Origin: an uncultured Desulfurococcaceae archaeon
GTDB taxonomy: Archaea > Thermoproteota > Thermoprotei_A > Sulfolobales > NBVN01
Length of the DNA stretch: 33,181 nucleotides
Reading direction: 5' to 3'
Assembly: GCA_964442165.1 (NCBI GenBank)
Contig: CAYTXX010000004.1
Location: forward strand, 1 to 33,181
Position numbers and translations under genes: made by a program
The notes under the pieces: model-generated
Told to the model about the DNA's origin: nothing
Databases searched by the model: none
What the model saw: the letters and a program-made list of their open reading frames with translations, nothing else
Shown here: positions 15,862-25,045 of the stretch, in pieces
Position numbering within the stretch: the stretch's first letter is position 1
How the letters are laid out: each line of letters begins with the position of its first letter

Positions 15862-17454
15862 TTAAGTCCTCCTGAGGACTTTACCTGCCCTAACTTTACC
15901 TATGAGCTTACCCTCCTCTACGATTACTCTCCCATTGACTATAACGTACGCTATGCCCTTCGGATAGGAGTGCGGGTTCTCATATGTTGCTGTATCCTCG
16001 ATAGTGTAGTAGTTGAACACCGTTATATCGGCCTTAAACCCGGGCCTTATGATCCCTCTATCCCATAGCTTCAGCTTCCTAGCTGGTAAGGATGTCATCT
16101 TCCTAATAGCCTCGGGTAGGGTAAGTGCTTTCTCCTCCCTAACATACCTAGCTATAACCCTGGGGAAGGTACCGTACCTTCTGGGGTGCGGCTTCCCCAC
16201 CTTAAACTTACCTACTGAGCCGTCGCTACCTATAGCAACGTAAGGATGCGATATTACGGTCCTAACGTCCTCCTCCCTCATTGTAAACGTAACCATACTT
16301 GTTGCTAGCTCATCGTCGATAAGTAGCCTTACCACGGTATCAACAGGATCTAAACCTAAGGCCTCCGCTATCCTATCGACCCTCATACCCTCAAATTCCC
16401 CGTGCTTAGGTGAGTAAGAGATCATTATGTCGCTCCACGAGATATACCTCTCCTCAAAGATACCGCCAGCTAGCTCCTTCCTAATTCTCTTCACTACCTC
16501 TGGATTCCTTAGCTTACTGAGAATCTCCTCGGTTCCCCCACTCCTAATATCTTTCGGTAGTAGGGTAAGTAGGGATGTCGATGCCGCGGTGTAGGGGTAG
16601 GCATCTGCAGAGATATCGAAGCCTCTTGAAGCGTAGTCCTCTATGACCTTAAGTGCGGCTAATACCTTCCCCCAGCTAGGCCTTCCACTAGCCTTTAGGT
16701 GCGAGATCTCGACAGAAACCCCCGCTCTAACACCTATGGTTACCGTTTCGTAGATAGAGTCTAGAAGCCTTACACCCTCGTTTCTCATATGGGTTGCGTA
16801 TATACCCCCGTAACTCGCACTAACCTTAGTTAGCTCGATGATCTCCTCAGTAGTGGAGAATACCCCTGGTATGTATATGAGACCTGTGCTGATTCCGAAA
16901 GCTCCGGCCTCCATAGCTTCCCGTACGTACTCCTTCATCTTTTCAAGGTCTCTCTCTGAAGGTTGCTCTGAAGAGAATCCAATTACGGCAGACCTTACTG
17001 TTCCGTGCCCTACTAGTGGAGCTATGTTTATAGCCGGTCTTAGCTCCTCCAAGGCCTTCAGGTACTCCCCAAAGCTCTCCCACTTGACCTCTACGTCGGG
17101 GTGCTCCCTCTTAATCTCCCTTACGAACTCCTCCTTGTTTACATCTGAGAGGGGTGCCGGCGAGTGCCCGCAGTTACCTATAACTATAGTTGTAACCCCC
17201 TGAAGTACGTAGTTGTCCGCGGTCGGTACTTCGAATATCGATATATCGCTGTGGTTATGCATGTCTATGAAGCCTGGAGCAACGATTAAGTTCGGTACAT
17301 TCAGAACTACCTCAGCCCTCTCCCCGCTTAAGTCCCCTACAGCTTCTATTCTATCCCCTACAATACCGATATCAGCTCTAAAGGGGGGAGACCCCGTCCC
17401 GTCAACGATTACGCCGTGTCTTATTATTAGGTCGTAGACCATTCTAGATCCCAT
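15862..17454 (-). CDS. D-aminoacylase / N-acyl-D-amino-acid deacylase family amidohydrolase
   Basis: 530 aa. N-terminus DLIIRHGVIVDGTG, metal-binding GFIDMHNHSD, and an overall length typical of D-aminoacylases. Confidence 0.7.
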   Translation of the reverse strand: MGSRMVYDLIIRHGVIVDGTGSPPFRADIGIVGDRIEAVGDLSGERAEVVLNVPNLIVAPGFIDMHNHSDISIFEVPTADNYVLQGVTTIVIGNCGHSPAPLSDVNKEEFVREIKREHPDVEVKWESFGEYLKALEELRPAINIAPLVGHGTVRSAVIGFSSEQPSERDLEKMKEYVREAMEAGAFGISTGLIYIPGVFSTTEEIIELTKVSASYGGIYATHMRNEGVRLLDSIYETVTIGVRAGVSVEISHLKASGRPSWGKVLAALKVIEDYASRGFDISADAYPYTAASTSLLTLLPKDIRSGGTEEILSKLRNPEVVKRIRKELAGGIFEERYISWSDIMISYSPKHGEFEGMRVDRIAEALGLDPVDTVVRLLIDDELATSMVTFTMREEDVRTVISHPYVAIGSDGSVGKFKVGKPHPRRYGTFPRVIARYVREEKALTLPEAIRKMTSLPARKLKLWDRGIIRPGFKADITVFNYYTIEDTATYENPHSYPKGIAYVIVNGRVIVEEGKLIGKVRAGKVLRRT

Positions 17455-18586
17455 AAGAATCTAGTACCTGCTGGGCAGCTCTTACTGAAGCACCGAACTC
17501 TACCCTAAAGCCTAGCTTCGCTAAAGCCCTTTCCAGTGCCGCTAGAGTGGCTATCACATCATTAGCTGTAACCTCACCCATATGCCCTACCCTGAATATC
17601 CTACCTCTAAGGGGGCCTAGCCCTCCAGCTATCTCAACCCCTCTAATGCGCATCTCGCTGTAGAGCTTAGCCCACTCAACCCCTTCGGGCAAGTAAGCTG
17701 CCGTAACAGTGTTGGCCCTGAAACCCTCCTCAGCTACTAGCCTCAGACCCAGAGCTTCCAGACCCCCCTGAACAGCCTTGGCTAGAGCTTCGTGTCTCCT
17801 ATACCTCTGCTGAAGACCTTCCGCAAGTATTCTCTTCAAGGACGAGTTAAGCGCGTAGACTAGGTTAACTGCCGGCGTTATATAGTAGTTCCTAGTGGAC
17901 TCCATCTCCTTCAGAAGCTTAGTTATGTTGAAGTAGAGAGTTTCGTTATCAACTAGAGGGGTGAAGCCACCTCTATACGCAACTATGGCTAAGCCAGGAG
18001 GTACTGCAAGAGCTTTCTGAGAGCCGGTTAGGCAAACGTCAACACCCCAGCTATCCATATTCATCTCCATACCCCCGATCGACGCTATCCCATCAACGAC
18101 CACCTTAGCTCCAAACTCCTTAGCTTTCCTAGCCACCCTATCTACAGGATTCGCTACAGCTACTGAGGTCTCCACGTGCTGTAGTAGTACCGCACTGAAA
18201 CCCCCCTGGCTTAGGACCCTTTCCACGTCATCCTCGGTAAAGCCCCTACCTACCGGCGCCTCTACTACGGTTACCTCAGCACCAACCCTCTTAGCAGCAT
18301 CTACTAAGTAGTCAGCAAAGTATCCAGCCTTAAGAACTACAACCCTCTCACCAGGTCTCACAGACGTCCTAACAGCTAGCTCTATAGCAGCAGTACCGCT
18401 CCCGGGGATAACAACTACGTCACCCGATGTACTGAAGACCTTCTTCAGCATGTCGAGGGCCTCTCTATGAATGCTATCAAACTCCGCTGAGACGTGGCTC
18501 AGAGTAGGTTTAGCCATTTCAAGCATGGTTTCAGGATCTGTCAGAGATGGTCCGGGAATCATCAGGAGGAATCTACTCATACACAC
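17444..18586 (-). CDS. Class V aminotransferase (serine-pyruvate / alanine-glyoxylate aminotransferase type)
   Basis: 380 aa. MIPGP N-terminus, GSGTAAIE, and the PLP-lysine motif GSQKALAVPPGLA. It overlaps the downstream D-aminoacylase gene by 11 nt. Confidence 0.75.
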   Translation of the reverse strand: MCMSRFLLMIPGPSLTDPETMLEMAKPTLSHVSAEFDSIHREALDMLKKVFSTSGDVVVIPGSGTAAIELAVRTSVRPGERVVVLKAGYFADYLVDAAKRVGAEVTVVEAPVGRGFTEDDVERVLSQGGFSAVLLQHVETSVAVANPVDRVARKAKEFGAKVVVDGIASIGGMEMNMDSWGVDVCLTGSQKALAVPPGLAIVAYRGGFTPLVDNETLYFNITKLLKEMESTRNYYITPAVNLVYALNSSLKRILAEGLQQRYRRHEALAKAVQGGLEALGLRLVAEEGFRANTVTAAYLPEGVEWAKLYSEMRIRGVEIAGGLGPLRGRIFRVGHMGEVTANDVIATLAALERALAKLGFRVEFGASVRAAQQVLDSYGI

Positions 18587-18682
18587 ACCTCATGCTTAGT
18601 GTAGACCGGGACTAAAATTAATACCCTAGATACTGCCGATACCTTAAATGCGCGGAGGCTACCGGCTGTAAAGTAGCTGTAG

Positions 18683-18690
18683 TTTTTTAA
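18683..18690 (+). promoter_or_regulatory. TATA-like box (TTTTTTAA) for cdvA
   Basis: Lies only 6-13 bp upstream of the GTG at 18696 but 39-46 bp upstream of the ATG at 18729. It is preceded by two GCTGTA direct repeats (18665-18670 and 18676-18681) spaced 11 bp apart. Confidence 0.4.
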
Positions 18691-18728
18691 GTAACGTGAC
18701 CTTTGAGAATTGTTCTGCGGTGCCGGAG

Positions 18729-19424
18729 ATGGTCTCCCTAGACCAGGTTGAGAAGTTCCTAGGTCAGGTAGTTAGGGACGAATACGGGAGGAGCTTAGGT
18801 AAGCTGGTAGCAGTCTTTGCAGACGTCTCAGGGAATGTTGAGGCTATAGAGATCGCCGTTAACGATTACGAACTAGTTAAGGTAGGAGCTGAGAGGATCG
18901 TGAGGACCCCCGACGCCCTAGTAGTGCTACCGGAGTGGAAGATAATCTCAATCGACGTTGAGAACAGATTGGATAGGGTTAAGAGAAGGATGAGGTCTCT
19001 AGAGGAGCTAAATAGGAAGGGCATGATACCGACCCACGCGTACGACGAGATGAGAAAGAAGCTTGAGGTTGAGTTCAAGAAGGTTAAGGAGGACTCAGCT
19101 AAGGTTAAGGAGATCCTTAAGGCCAAGACCAACGAGCTAGAGGACCAGATAATCAGGTACGAAAGGGCTGTAGCGAACGTCTACGTACTCTACATGAGCA
19201 ACGAAATAAGCGAGCAGTCATACAAAGCCTCGATGGACTTCCTAAGGAACGCTAAGAGTAAGTGCGTAGATGAGAAGAAGGATGTAGAGAAGCATCTAGA
19301 GCTACTATCTAAGCTTGAGGCAGAGCCCGTAGAGCCTCAGGTGAAGAGCGCTCCAGCAACACAGCCTCAGTTACCTCAGTCAACGCCTATACCAGTAGTA
19401 GTCATAGAGGAGACACCTCACTAG
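18729..19424 (+). CDS. cdvA: CdvA cell-division protein (PRC-barrel plus coiled coil plus C-terminal ESCRT-III-binding tail)
   Basis: MVSLDQVEKFLGQVVRDEYGRSLGKLVAV... matches the CdvA N-terminal PRC-barrel region. This is followed by a long K/E-rich coiled coil and a Pro-rich tail ending PIPVVVIEETPH. The ORF track extends the ORF to GTG 18696; I prefer ATG 18729 on promoter geometry. Confidence 0.8.
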   Translation: MVSLDQVEKFLGQVVRDEYGRSLGKLVAVFADVSGNVEAIEIAVNDYELVKVGAERIVRTPDALVVLPEWKIISIDVENRLDRVKRRMRSLEELNRKGMIPTHAYDEMRKKLEVEFKKVKEDSAKVKEILKAKTNELEDQIIRYERAVANVYVLYMSNEISEQSYKASMDFLRNAKSKCVDEKKDVEKHLELLSKLEAEPVEPQVKSAPATQPQLPQSTPIPVVVIEETPH

Positions 19425-19447
19425 GTAGTCTACGAGGTGTCCGCTAG

Positions 19448-20320
19448 GTGAGCGTTTTTAGCTTGTTTAGCCGTCTCGGTAAGGCCTTTGCAGGAGATAG
19501 AAGAAAACGGTCCATAGAGCTCTCTGAGCTCATAATAAGGCTCGATACCATACTTAGGGACATTAGGGAGGTGGCTGATAGGCTTGTAAATAGGTATAAG
19601 GAGCTGGTAAGGGAAGCCCTGGTAGCTAAGTCAGAGAAGAAGAACGAGAGAGCCCTAGTTTACGCTAATGAAGCTGCGCAAGTATCTAAGTACATAAAGA
19701 AGGCTATGATCACCGAAATGATAGTTGAACAGGTAAAGCTGAGGTTGGAGACCCTTGAAAACGTTGCCGATATAGCTAAGGCCCTAGCCAGTATATCGCC
19801 CCTACTCCACATAGCTAAGGACTACGTAAGCGATATAGCTCCAAACCTAGCTATAGGACTGGAGCTAACTATAAGTAAGACCAAGGAGCTAGTAGCTGGT
19901 ACGACAGACGCCTTCCAGATAAAGGTTGAGGACGCTCTAGTAATATCCCCGGAGGCTAGGGAGCTACTGAGCAAGGTGGAGAAGTCCGTTGAGGAGAGGC
20001 TCTCACAGCTTCCGGAGATACCACCGGAGTTAGTAGTTGGGAGGGAGCAGCCCCTGAGTACCCTGGTAGAGAATGTTCGACCACCGGAGAGGGGTGTGGA
20101 ACCCCCAATAGCTCTACCAGCTAAGGCTAAGCCGAAGAAGGCTCAGCTACCTAAGGAGGAGCTTGCTAAGCATATACTCGAAACAGCAAGAACCCACGGA
20201 GGCTTCATAGAAGTAGGGCTCCTAGCCGAAAGGCTCGGGGTCTCTAGGGAGGACATAATAGAGACCCTCATAGACCTGGAGAAGCAGGGTAAGGTCTCAG
20301 TAATATACCAGAAGCCCTAG
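19448..20320 (+). CDS. cdvB: CdvB, ESCRT-III (Snf7-like) protein with a C-terminal winged-helix domain
   Basis: 290 aa with a GTG start. Helical Snf7-like core, a proline-rich linker (RPPERGVEPPIALPAKAKPKK), and a C-terminal wH-like segment HILETARTHGGFIEVGLLAERLGVSREDIIETLIDLEKQGKV. Sits between cdvA and cdvC. Confidence 0.8.
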   Translation: MSVFSLFSRLGKAFAGDRRKRSIELSELIIRLDTILRDIREVADRLVNRYKELVREALVAKSEKKNERALVYANEAAQVSKYIKKAMITEMIVEQVKLRLETLENVADIAKALASISPLLHIAKDYVSDIAPNLAIGLELTISKTKELVAGTTDAFQIKVEDALVISPEARELLSKVEKSVEERLSQLPEIPPELVVGREQPLSTLVENVRPPERGVEPPIALPAKAKPKKAQLPKEELAKHILETARTHGGFIEVGLLAERLGVSREDIIETLIDLEKQGKVSVIYQKP

Positions 20321-20336
20321 CTTACGGTGACTTTAA

Positions 20337-21485
20337 GTGAGCTCAACATCTCTAACATACCTAGAGGGACTAGCGCGTAACTACGCTATAAAGGCTGTAA
20401 TGAGTGATAGGGAGGGCAATTATGCTGATGCTATAACGTACTACAGGAGGGCTATAGAGGTCCTAGAGAAGATAATCCAGATGTACCCAGACCACAGCTT
20501 GAATAACATCTACAGGCAGTGGATAGGTGAGTACAGGAGAAGGATATCTGAGATAGAGGGACTGCTCGGAAGGGTTAAAGTCCCCCTATCTGGGGGAGGG
20601 GGGCAGGACTCCCTTGACGACGTAGACACATTTTTTAAGGTAGTTAGTGAGTCCCCGATAGCCTTCAATAAGGTAGCAGACATGGAGGAGGTTAAGAACG
20701 CTATAAGGGAATCAATAGTATACCCATCTAAGAGGCCCGACCTATTCCCACTAGGGTGGCCTAAGGGTATACTACTCTTCGGACCCCCGGGATGCGGTAA
20801 GACCTACGTAGCGGCTGCCGTAGCTGGTGAGGTCAACGGCTACTTTGTAAGCGTAGATGCTGCTAGCATAATGTCTAAGTGGCTTGGTGAAGCAGAGAAA
20901 AGGGTCTCCAAGCTGTTCTCTAAGGCTAGAGAGCTTGCGAAGAGTGGAATGCCGGTTATAATATTCATAGATGAGGTAGACTCCTTATTCGCGCCCTACA
21001 CAAACGAGGTAGGTGGAGAGGCTAGGGTTAGAAACCAGTTCCTTAAGGAAATGGACGGCCTCGACAGTAAGTTCTCCCCAAAGCTACCCCTATTCATACT
21101 AGCGGCAACGAACAAGCCTTGGAGGCTGGATGAGGCCTTCATAAGGAGGTTCCAGAAGAGGGTATACGTGCCCCTCCCCACTAAGGAGACTAGACTGGAG
21201 CTACTTAGGATGTATACGAAGAGCCTTAGGCTAGACCCTGGTGTAAGCCTTGAGAAGCTGGCAGAGATGCTCGAGTGGTACTCATCGAGCGATGTAGTTG
21301 AGATAGTTATGGCAGCTCACATGAGGACTATTAAAGAGCTCTTTGAGAGGGGCGGAGGTCAGGGAGAGCCTAGGCCTATTACAATGGAGGACTTCGAGGA
21401 GGTCCTTAAGTACAGAAAGCCCAGCGTTAATAGGGATCTGCTCAAAGCTTATGAGATGTGGTACGAGAAGTATAAGGCTCTCTAA
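20337..21485 (+). CDS. cdvC: CdvC, Vps4-like AAA+ ATPase with an N-terminal MIT domain
   Basis: 382 aa. MIT-like N-terminus (NYADAITYYRRAIEVLEKI), Walker A GPPGCGKT, Walker B IIFIDEVDS, and second region of homology ATNKPWRLDEAFIRRF. Confidence 0.9.
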   Translation: MSSTSLTYLEGLARNYAIKAVMSDREGNYADAITYYRRAIEVLEKIIQMYPDHSLNNIYRQWIGEYRRRISEIEGLLGRVKVPLSGGGGQDSLDDVDTFFKVVSESPIAFNKVADMEEVKNAIRESIVYPSKRPDLFPLGWPKGILLFGPPGCGKTYVAAAVAGEVNGYFVSVDAASIMSKWLGEAEKRVSKLFSKARELAKSGMPVIIFIDEVDSLFAPYTNEVGGEARVRNQFLKEMDGLDSKFSPKLPLFILAATNKPWRLDEAFIRRFQKRVYVPLPTKETRLELLRMYTKSLRLDPGVSLEKLAEMLEWYSSSDVVEIVMAAHMRTIKELFERGGGQGEPRPITMEDFEEVLKYRKPSVNRDLLKAYEMWYEKYKAL

Positions 21486-21490
21486 GTATT

Positions 21491-21502
21491 CGTTTTTATA
21501 GG
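21491..21502 (+). promoter_or_regulatory. TATA-like box (CGTTTTTATAGG) for nrdJ; its T5 run may also help terminate cdvC
   Basis: Located 33-44 bp upstream of the GTG at 21535 and 6 nt after the cdvC stop. Confidence 0.45.
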
Positions 21503-21515
21503 TTATGTAGCTAAG

Positions 21516-21534
21516 AGTACCACAGCGTGGTACT
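21516..21534. promoter_or_regulatory. Perfect inverted repeat AGTACCAC-agc-GTGGTACT between the TATA box and the nrdJ start codon (candidate operator)
   Basis: Read directly from the sequence: 8-bp arms with a 3-bp spacer, ending one base before the GTG at 21535. It overlaps the expected transcription start site. Confidence 0.25.
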
Positions 21535-24042
21535 GTGCACTCAGGTGTCTCGGTTATAAAGCATGACGGCAGGGTCGAGCCGTTTAGCGTTGAGAAGCTT
21601 AGAAACTCCATTAAGAAAGCCCTAGAGAGTGTTAACCTAGAGCAGTACCTTGATGAAGTAGTAAACGCGGTACTATCCGAGATCTCAGAGAGAAGGCAGA
21701 CCATAAGCTCTTCCGAGATAGCTGACAGGGTTGAGAAGGCCCTTATAGAGAGGGTCATAGTTGATGAGAGGTTTGAACTAGCTGCGAGGAGGTACTTACT
21801 AGCTAGGGTGTATAACCACGTATTTAGTAAAGGGATGTGGAGGGAGTTTAGAAGCGAGGACCTCTCCCTGACTTACCCCTCCCTAAAAACCCTAACCGCG
21901 AGGTACCTACTAAGGAACCCCGAGACACTGAGGATCTCCGAGACCCCCTCACAGATGTTCTGGCGTGTTGCTGGCTACATAGCAAGTGCTGAGAAGCCTA
22001 GTGACGCGGAGTTCTGGGCTAGGAAGTTCTACGAGCTTCTCTCCTCACTTAAGTTCCTCCCGAATTCACCTACACTCATGAACGCTGGCACTAGGCTGGG
22101 CATACTTTCAGCGTGTTTCGTAATACCCGTTAGAGACTCCATAGTTACAGAAGCTGGTGATGGAATATACGATGCCCTAAGAGCTCAGGCACTAGTCTTC
22201 CAGCAAGGAGGTGGCTGCGGGTTCGACTTTAGCGAGCTCAGACCTGAGGGAGACGTAGTAGCGTCCACAGCCGGTGTTGCTAGCGGCCCCCTCTCGTTCA
22301 TGAAGGTCTTCGACATCAATACTGATGTGATAAAGCAGGGCGGTAGGAGGAGGGGGGCTAACATGGGAGTTTTACACATCTGGCACCCAGATATTGAGAA
22401 GTTTATTCAGAGTAAGTCGGGGAAGCTTAAGGACATAAACCTACAGAACTTCAACATAAGTGTCGGGGTCTACGACTACTTCATGGAATCCGTACTAAAG
22501 GGAGGTAAGGTACCTCTAGTAAACCCGAGGAAAACCAGCTTAACGAAGACCAACGACTCTAGGTACTACGCTATAGTTAGAGCTAGACACTACATGAGCG
22601 AGGAATGGGTTCAAGAGGTAATCCTCAAGGAGCTTGAGGAGTGGGGTTGGTCCGTACCTCTCGAGAAGTCCCTACTCGTAACTGTGGATGAAGCTCTCCA
22701 AATAGCTGAATCTGAAGGTGCTACCGTTAGGTGGGTAGATGCAGGAGAGCTCTTCGACACTATAGTGAAGTCCTCTTGGGACTCCGGAGACCCCGGGCTA
22801 CTCTTCATAGATACCATAAACAGGAGGCACCCGACCTGGTACCTAGGTAAGATAAACGCTACAAACCCCTGCGGTGAGGAACCCCTCCTAGAGTGGGAGT
22901 CCTGTAACCTCGGCAGCATAAACCTGGAGAAGTACGTTGTAACAACCCCGGAGGGGAAGGTAGTTATTGATTGGGGATCTTTAGCTGAGGACGTTAAGAC
23001 AGCTGTTAGATTCCTCGACAACGTCATATCCGTAGCTAGGTACCCCCTCAAGCAGTTCTACGAAGGTGTTGGAAGGACGAGAAAGGTTGGTCTCGGAGTT
23101 ATGGGGTGGGCTCACACACTGATTAAGCTAGGTATAAGGTACGACTCCCCAGATGCTATCTACCTAGCCTACCACCTAGCTGAGTTCATAGCCTACAACG
23201 CTTACCTAGCTAGTATAGAGCTAGCTAAGGAGAGAGGGCCCTTCCCAGCGTGGGATCAGAGCCTCTACAGACCTATGTGGCAGACTGCACCTAAGTTAGA
23301 GGAGCTCTTCGCAATAGCTAGTCTAAGCCTAAGCGAGGTCTCCGATAGGGTTAAGGAGATAGTTAGGAGTAGACCTAAGGTGGACTGGAGCTTAGTGGAA
23401 AGCCTAATGCTAAGGTATGGTCTGAGAAATGCCTCACTTCTCTCAATAGCCCCCACGGGGACTCTCTCAATAATAGCTGGAACGTCCAGCTCTATAGAGC
23501 CTATATTCGCCCTAGCCTTTACTAGAGTTGTAACTGTAGGTACGTTCATAGAGGTTAACAGGCTCTTCCTCGAGGCTCTTAGAGCTTACGACCTCGATAC
23601 TAATGATGTAGTGAAGCTAGTAGCAGAATCCGGCTCCGTAGCTCATAACCCCTACATCCCTAGAAGGATTAGAGAGCTCTTCAGGACGGCTCACGACATA
23701 TCACCTGAGTACCACGTATACCACCAGGCAGCTTGGCAGGCTTGGGTCGATGCCGGAGTGAGCAAGACCGTGAACATGGTGTACGAGGCGACGCCCATAG
23801 ACGTAATTAAGGTTTACACACTGGCTTGGAAGCTGGGCTGTAAAGGTATCACGATTTACAGAGATAAGTCGAAGTCTAGGCAGGTGATATACTTTGGGGT
23901 AAAGATATCGGAGAGGGCTGCTGAGGAGAAAAGAGAAGCTCAGAAGAAGGAGGAGAAACCCGAGGTCAGAGCTGAGAGGGTTAGAGTAGCTTACGTCCTG
24001 AGGGAGGGGGAGGTCGGGGGCTGCCCTACCTGCGAGTATTAA
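21535..24042 (+). CDS. nrdJ: Class II (adenosylcobalamin-dependent) ribonucleotide reductase with an N-terminal ATP-cone
   Basis: 835 aa. ATP-cone [20 protein letters not shown], active-site TNPCGEEPL, and a C-terminal redox pair CPTCEY. Its length is consistent with no intein. Confidence 0.85.
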   Translation: MHSGVSVIKHDGRVEPFSVEKLRNSIKKALESVNLEQYLDEVVNAVLSEISERRQTISSSEIADRVEKALIERVIVDERFELAARRYLLARVYNHVFSKGMWREFRSEDLSLTYPSLKTLTARYLLRNPETLRISETPSQMFWRVAGYIASAEKPSDAEFWARKFYELLSSLKFLPNSPTLMNAGTRLGILSACFVIPVRDSIVTEAGDGIYDALRAQALVFQQGGGCGFDFSELRPEGDVVASTAGVASGPLSFMKVFDINTDVIKQGGRRRGANMGVLHIWHPDIEKFIQSKSGKLKDINLQNFNISVGVYDYFMESVLKGGKVPLVNPRKTSLTKTNDSRYYAIVRARHYMSEEWVQEVILKELEEWGWSVPLEKSLLVTVDEALQIAESEGATVRWVDAGELFDTIVKSSWDSGDPGLLFIDTINRRHPTWYLGKINATNPCGEEPLLEWESCNLGSINLEKYVVTTPEGKVVIDWGSLAEDVKTAVRFLDNVISVARYPLKQFYEGVGRTRKVGLGVMGWAHTLIKLGIRYDSPDAIYLAYHLAEFIAYNAYLASIELAKERGPFPAWDQSLYRPMWQTAPKLEELFAIASLSLSEVSDRVKEIVRSRPKVDWSLVESLMLRYGLRNASLLSIAPTGTLSIIAGTSSSIEPIFALAFTRVVTVGTFIEVNRLFLEALRAYDLDTNDVVKLVAESGSVAHNPYIPRRIRELFRTAHDISPEYHVYHQAAWQAWVDAGVSKTVNMVYEATPIDVIKVYTLAWKLGCKGITIYRDKSKSRQVIYFGVKISERAAEEKREAQKKEEKPEVRAERVRVAYVLREGEVGGCPTCEY

Positions 24043-24086
24043 CCTCAGGGAGCTTCTCTAGAGGGCCTTCCCCCAACCATAAGAAG

Positions 24087-24099
24087 TTCTATTTAAGTT
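24087..24099 (+). promoter_or_regulatory. TATA-like box (TTCTATTTAAGTT) for the DUF61-like gene
   Basis: Located 29-41 bp upstream of the TTG at 24128. Confidence 0.4.
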
Positions 24100-24127
24100 A
24101 AACTACTCTGAGAGTACTTATACACGG

Positions 24128-24583
24128 TTGAGGAGTGTGAGCTCCCGCCCGGATATAGTTGAGGTCCTATTTAGGGAGGAGCTACGTGTAGCAAATAAGC
24201 ACCTCCCTCTTGCTAGGAAGTCCCTAGGGGAGCTACTTGAGGAAGAGTACCCGCACGTAGTATGTCGCGATGGTTCGCTACATTCATTTAGGCGTAGCGA
24301 ACTAATCGAGCTATCCAAGTACATACCTAAGGAGAAGTGGGATAAGCTCCTACTACCTATAATAATCGAGGTGATATCCGGTGAGGAGGAGTTTGTTGGC
24401 GTAGTTAGCGACCCCTATGCAGCTGAAGTAGTTAGCTCTATACTCGATATGAGCTTTAGGGAAGGCAGAGCCTTCCTGTACAAACCCCAGATATACGAGC
24501 TTAGGCGGAGGTTCTCAACAGTTTTTCAGATCGCCCTCTCCTATGTAGGGCTCGGAGAAACTCCCCCTGAACCCCTGTCGTGA
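24128..24583 (+). CDS. DUF61 / UPF0216-like conserved archaeal protein
   Basis: 151 aa with a TTG start. The pattern HVVCRDGSLHSFRRSELIELSKYIP...LLLPIIIEV resembles the UPF0216 family. The assignment is by eye. Confidence 0.4.
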   Translation: MRSVSSRPDIVEVLFREELRVANKHLPLARKSLGELLEEEYPHVVCRDGSLHSFRRSELIELSKYIPKEKWDKLLLPIIIEVISGEEEFVGVVSDPYAAEVVSSILDMSFREGRAFLYKPQIYELRRRFSTVFQIALSYVGLGETPPEPLS

Positions 24584-24687
24584 ACTCTCTACTTACAAGT
24601 ATAGGCCTGCCCATCGAGGCGGGAGAGGTTAGCGATTACGGGTAGGTCAAAGCTCTCAACAACCACTTAGGCATGAGCCACTTCGGT

Positions 24688-24700
24688 AAGCTTATAAGCC
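24688..24700 (+). promoter_or_regulatory. TATA-like box (AAGCTTATAAGCC) for the A-ATPase operon
   Basis: Located 40-52 bp upstream of the atpH GTG, implying a short leader that contains the SD-like GGAGGT. Confidence 0.4.
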
Positions 24701-24731
24701 CACTTTCAAGCAGTTCTACGACGCCCTTGGG

Positions 24732-24737
24732 GGAGGT
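24732..24737 (+). promoter_or_regulatory. Shine-Dalgarno-like GGAGGT for atpH
   Basis: Located 3-8 nt upstream of the GTG at 24740. Confidence 0.4.
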
Positions 24738-24739
24738 CT

Positions 24740-25045
24740 GTGAGCGATGTAGTAGCGGCTATTGAGGCTGAAGCGGAGCACATACTCGACGGGGCCCGTA
24801 AGAAGGCTCAGGAGGTCCTCTCTAGAGCTAAGGCTCTCGCTGAGGCCATACTGTCCGATGAAAGCTATAAGAAGGAGATAGAGGAGGAAGTAAAACTATT
24901 TAAGATGAAGATAGAGGAGGAAGTAAGTAGGATAGTAGCTTCAGCTGAGGAAGAGGCTAGGAAGATTAAAGCAGCACCAGAGGAGGCCGTAACGAAGGTA
25001 GCTAAGAGAATAGCCTCACTAGTTGCCGGGATCAGCATTGAGTGA
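24740..25045 (+). CDS. atpH: A1AO ATP synthase subunit H (peripheral stalk, V-type G-like)
   Basis: 101 aa, an entirely helical A/E/K-rich protein at the head of the ATPase operon. Confidence 0.65.
   Translation: MSDVVAAIEAEAEHILDGARKKAQEVLSRAKALAEAILSDESYKKEIEEEVKLFKMKIEEEVSRIVASAEEEARKIKAAPEEAVTKVAKRIASLVAGISIE

Noticed and set aside
21282-21758. 158-aa minus-strand ORF spanning the cdvC 3' end, the intergenic promoter and the nrdJ 5' end.
   Set aside because: It is antisense to two confidently identified genes and crosses their promoter region. The sequence is Ser/Leu-rich with no motif.
22611-23051. 146-aa minus-strand ORF inside nrdJ. Similar antisense ORFs occur at 16838-17203, 15229-15528, 6864-7202, 30042-30350, 23265-23549 and elsewhere.
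   Set aside because: All are antisense to strongly supported genes and have the same S/L/T/P-rich composition. Long antisense ORFs are expected with this codon usage.
24673-24765. 30-codon ORF (MSHFGKLISPLSSSSTTPLGEVCERCSSGY) upstream of and overlapping atpH.
   Set aside because: It spans the predicted TATA box and SD of atpH. It is Ser-rich with no motif and is most likely non-coding leader or promoter sequence.
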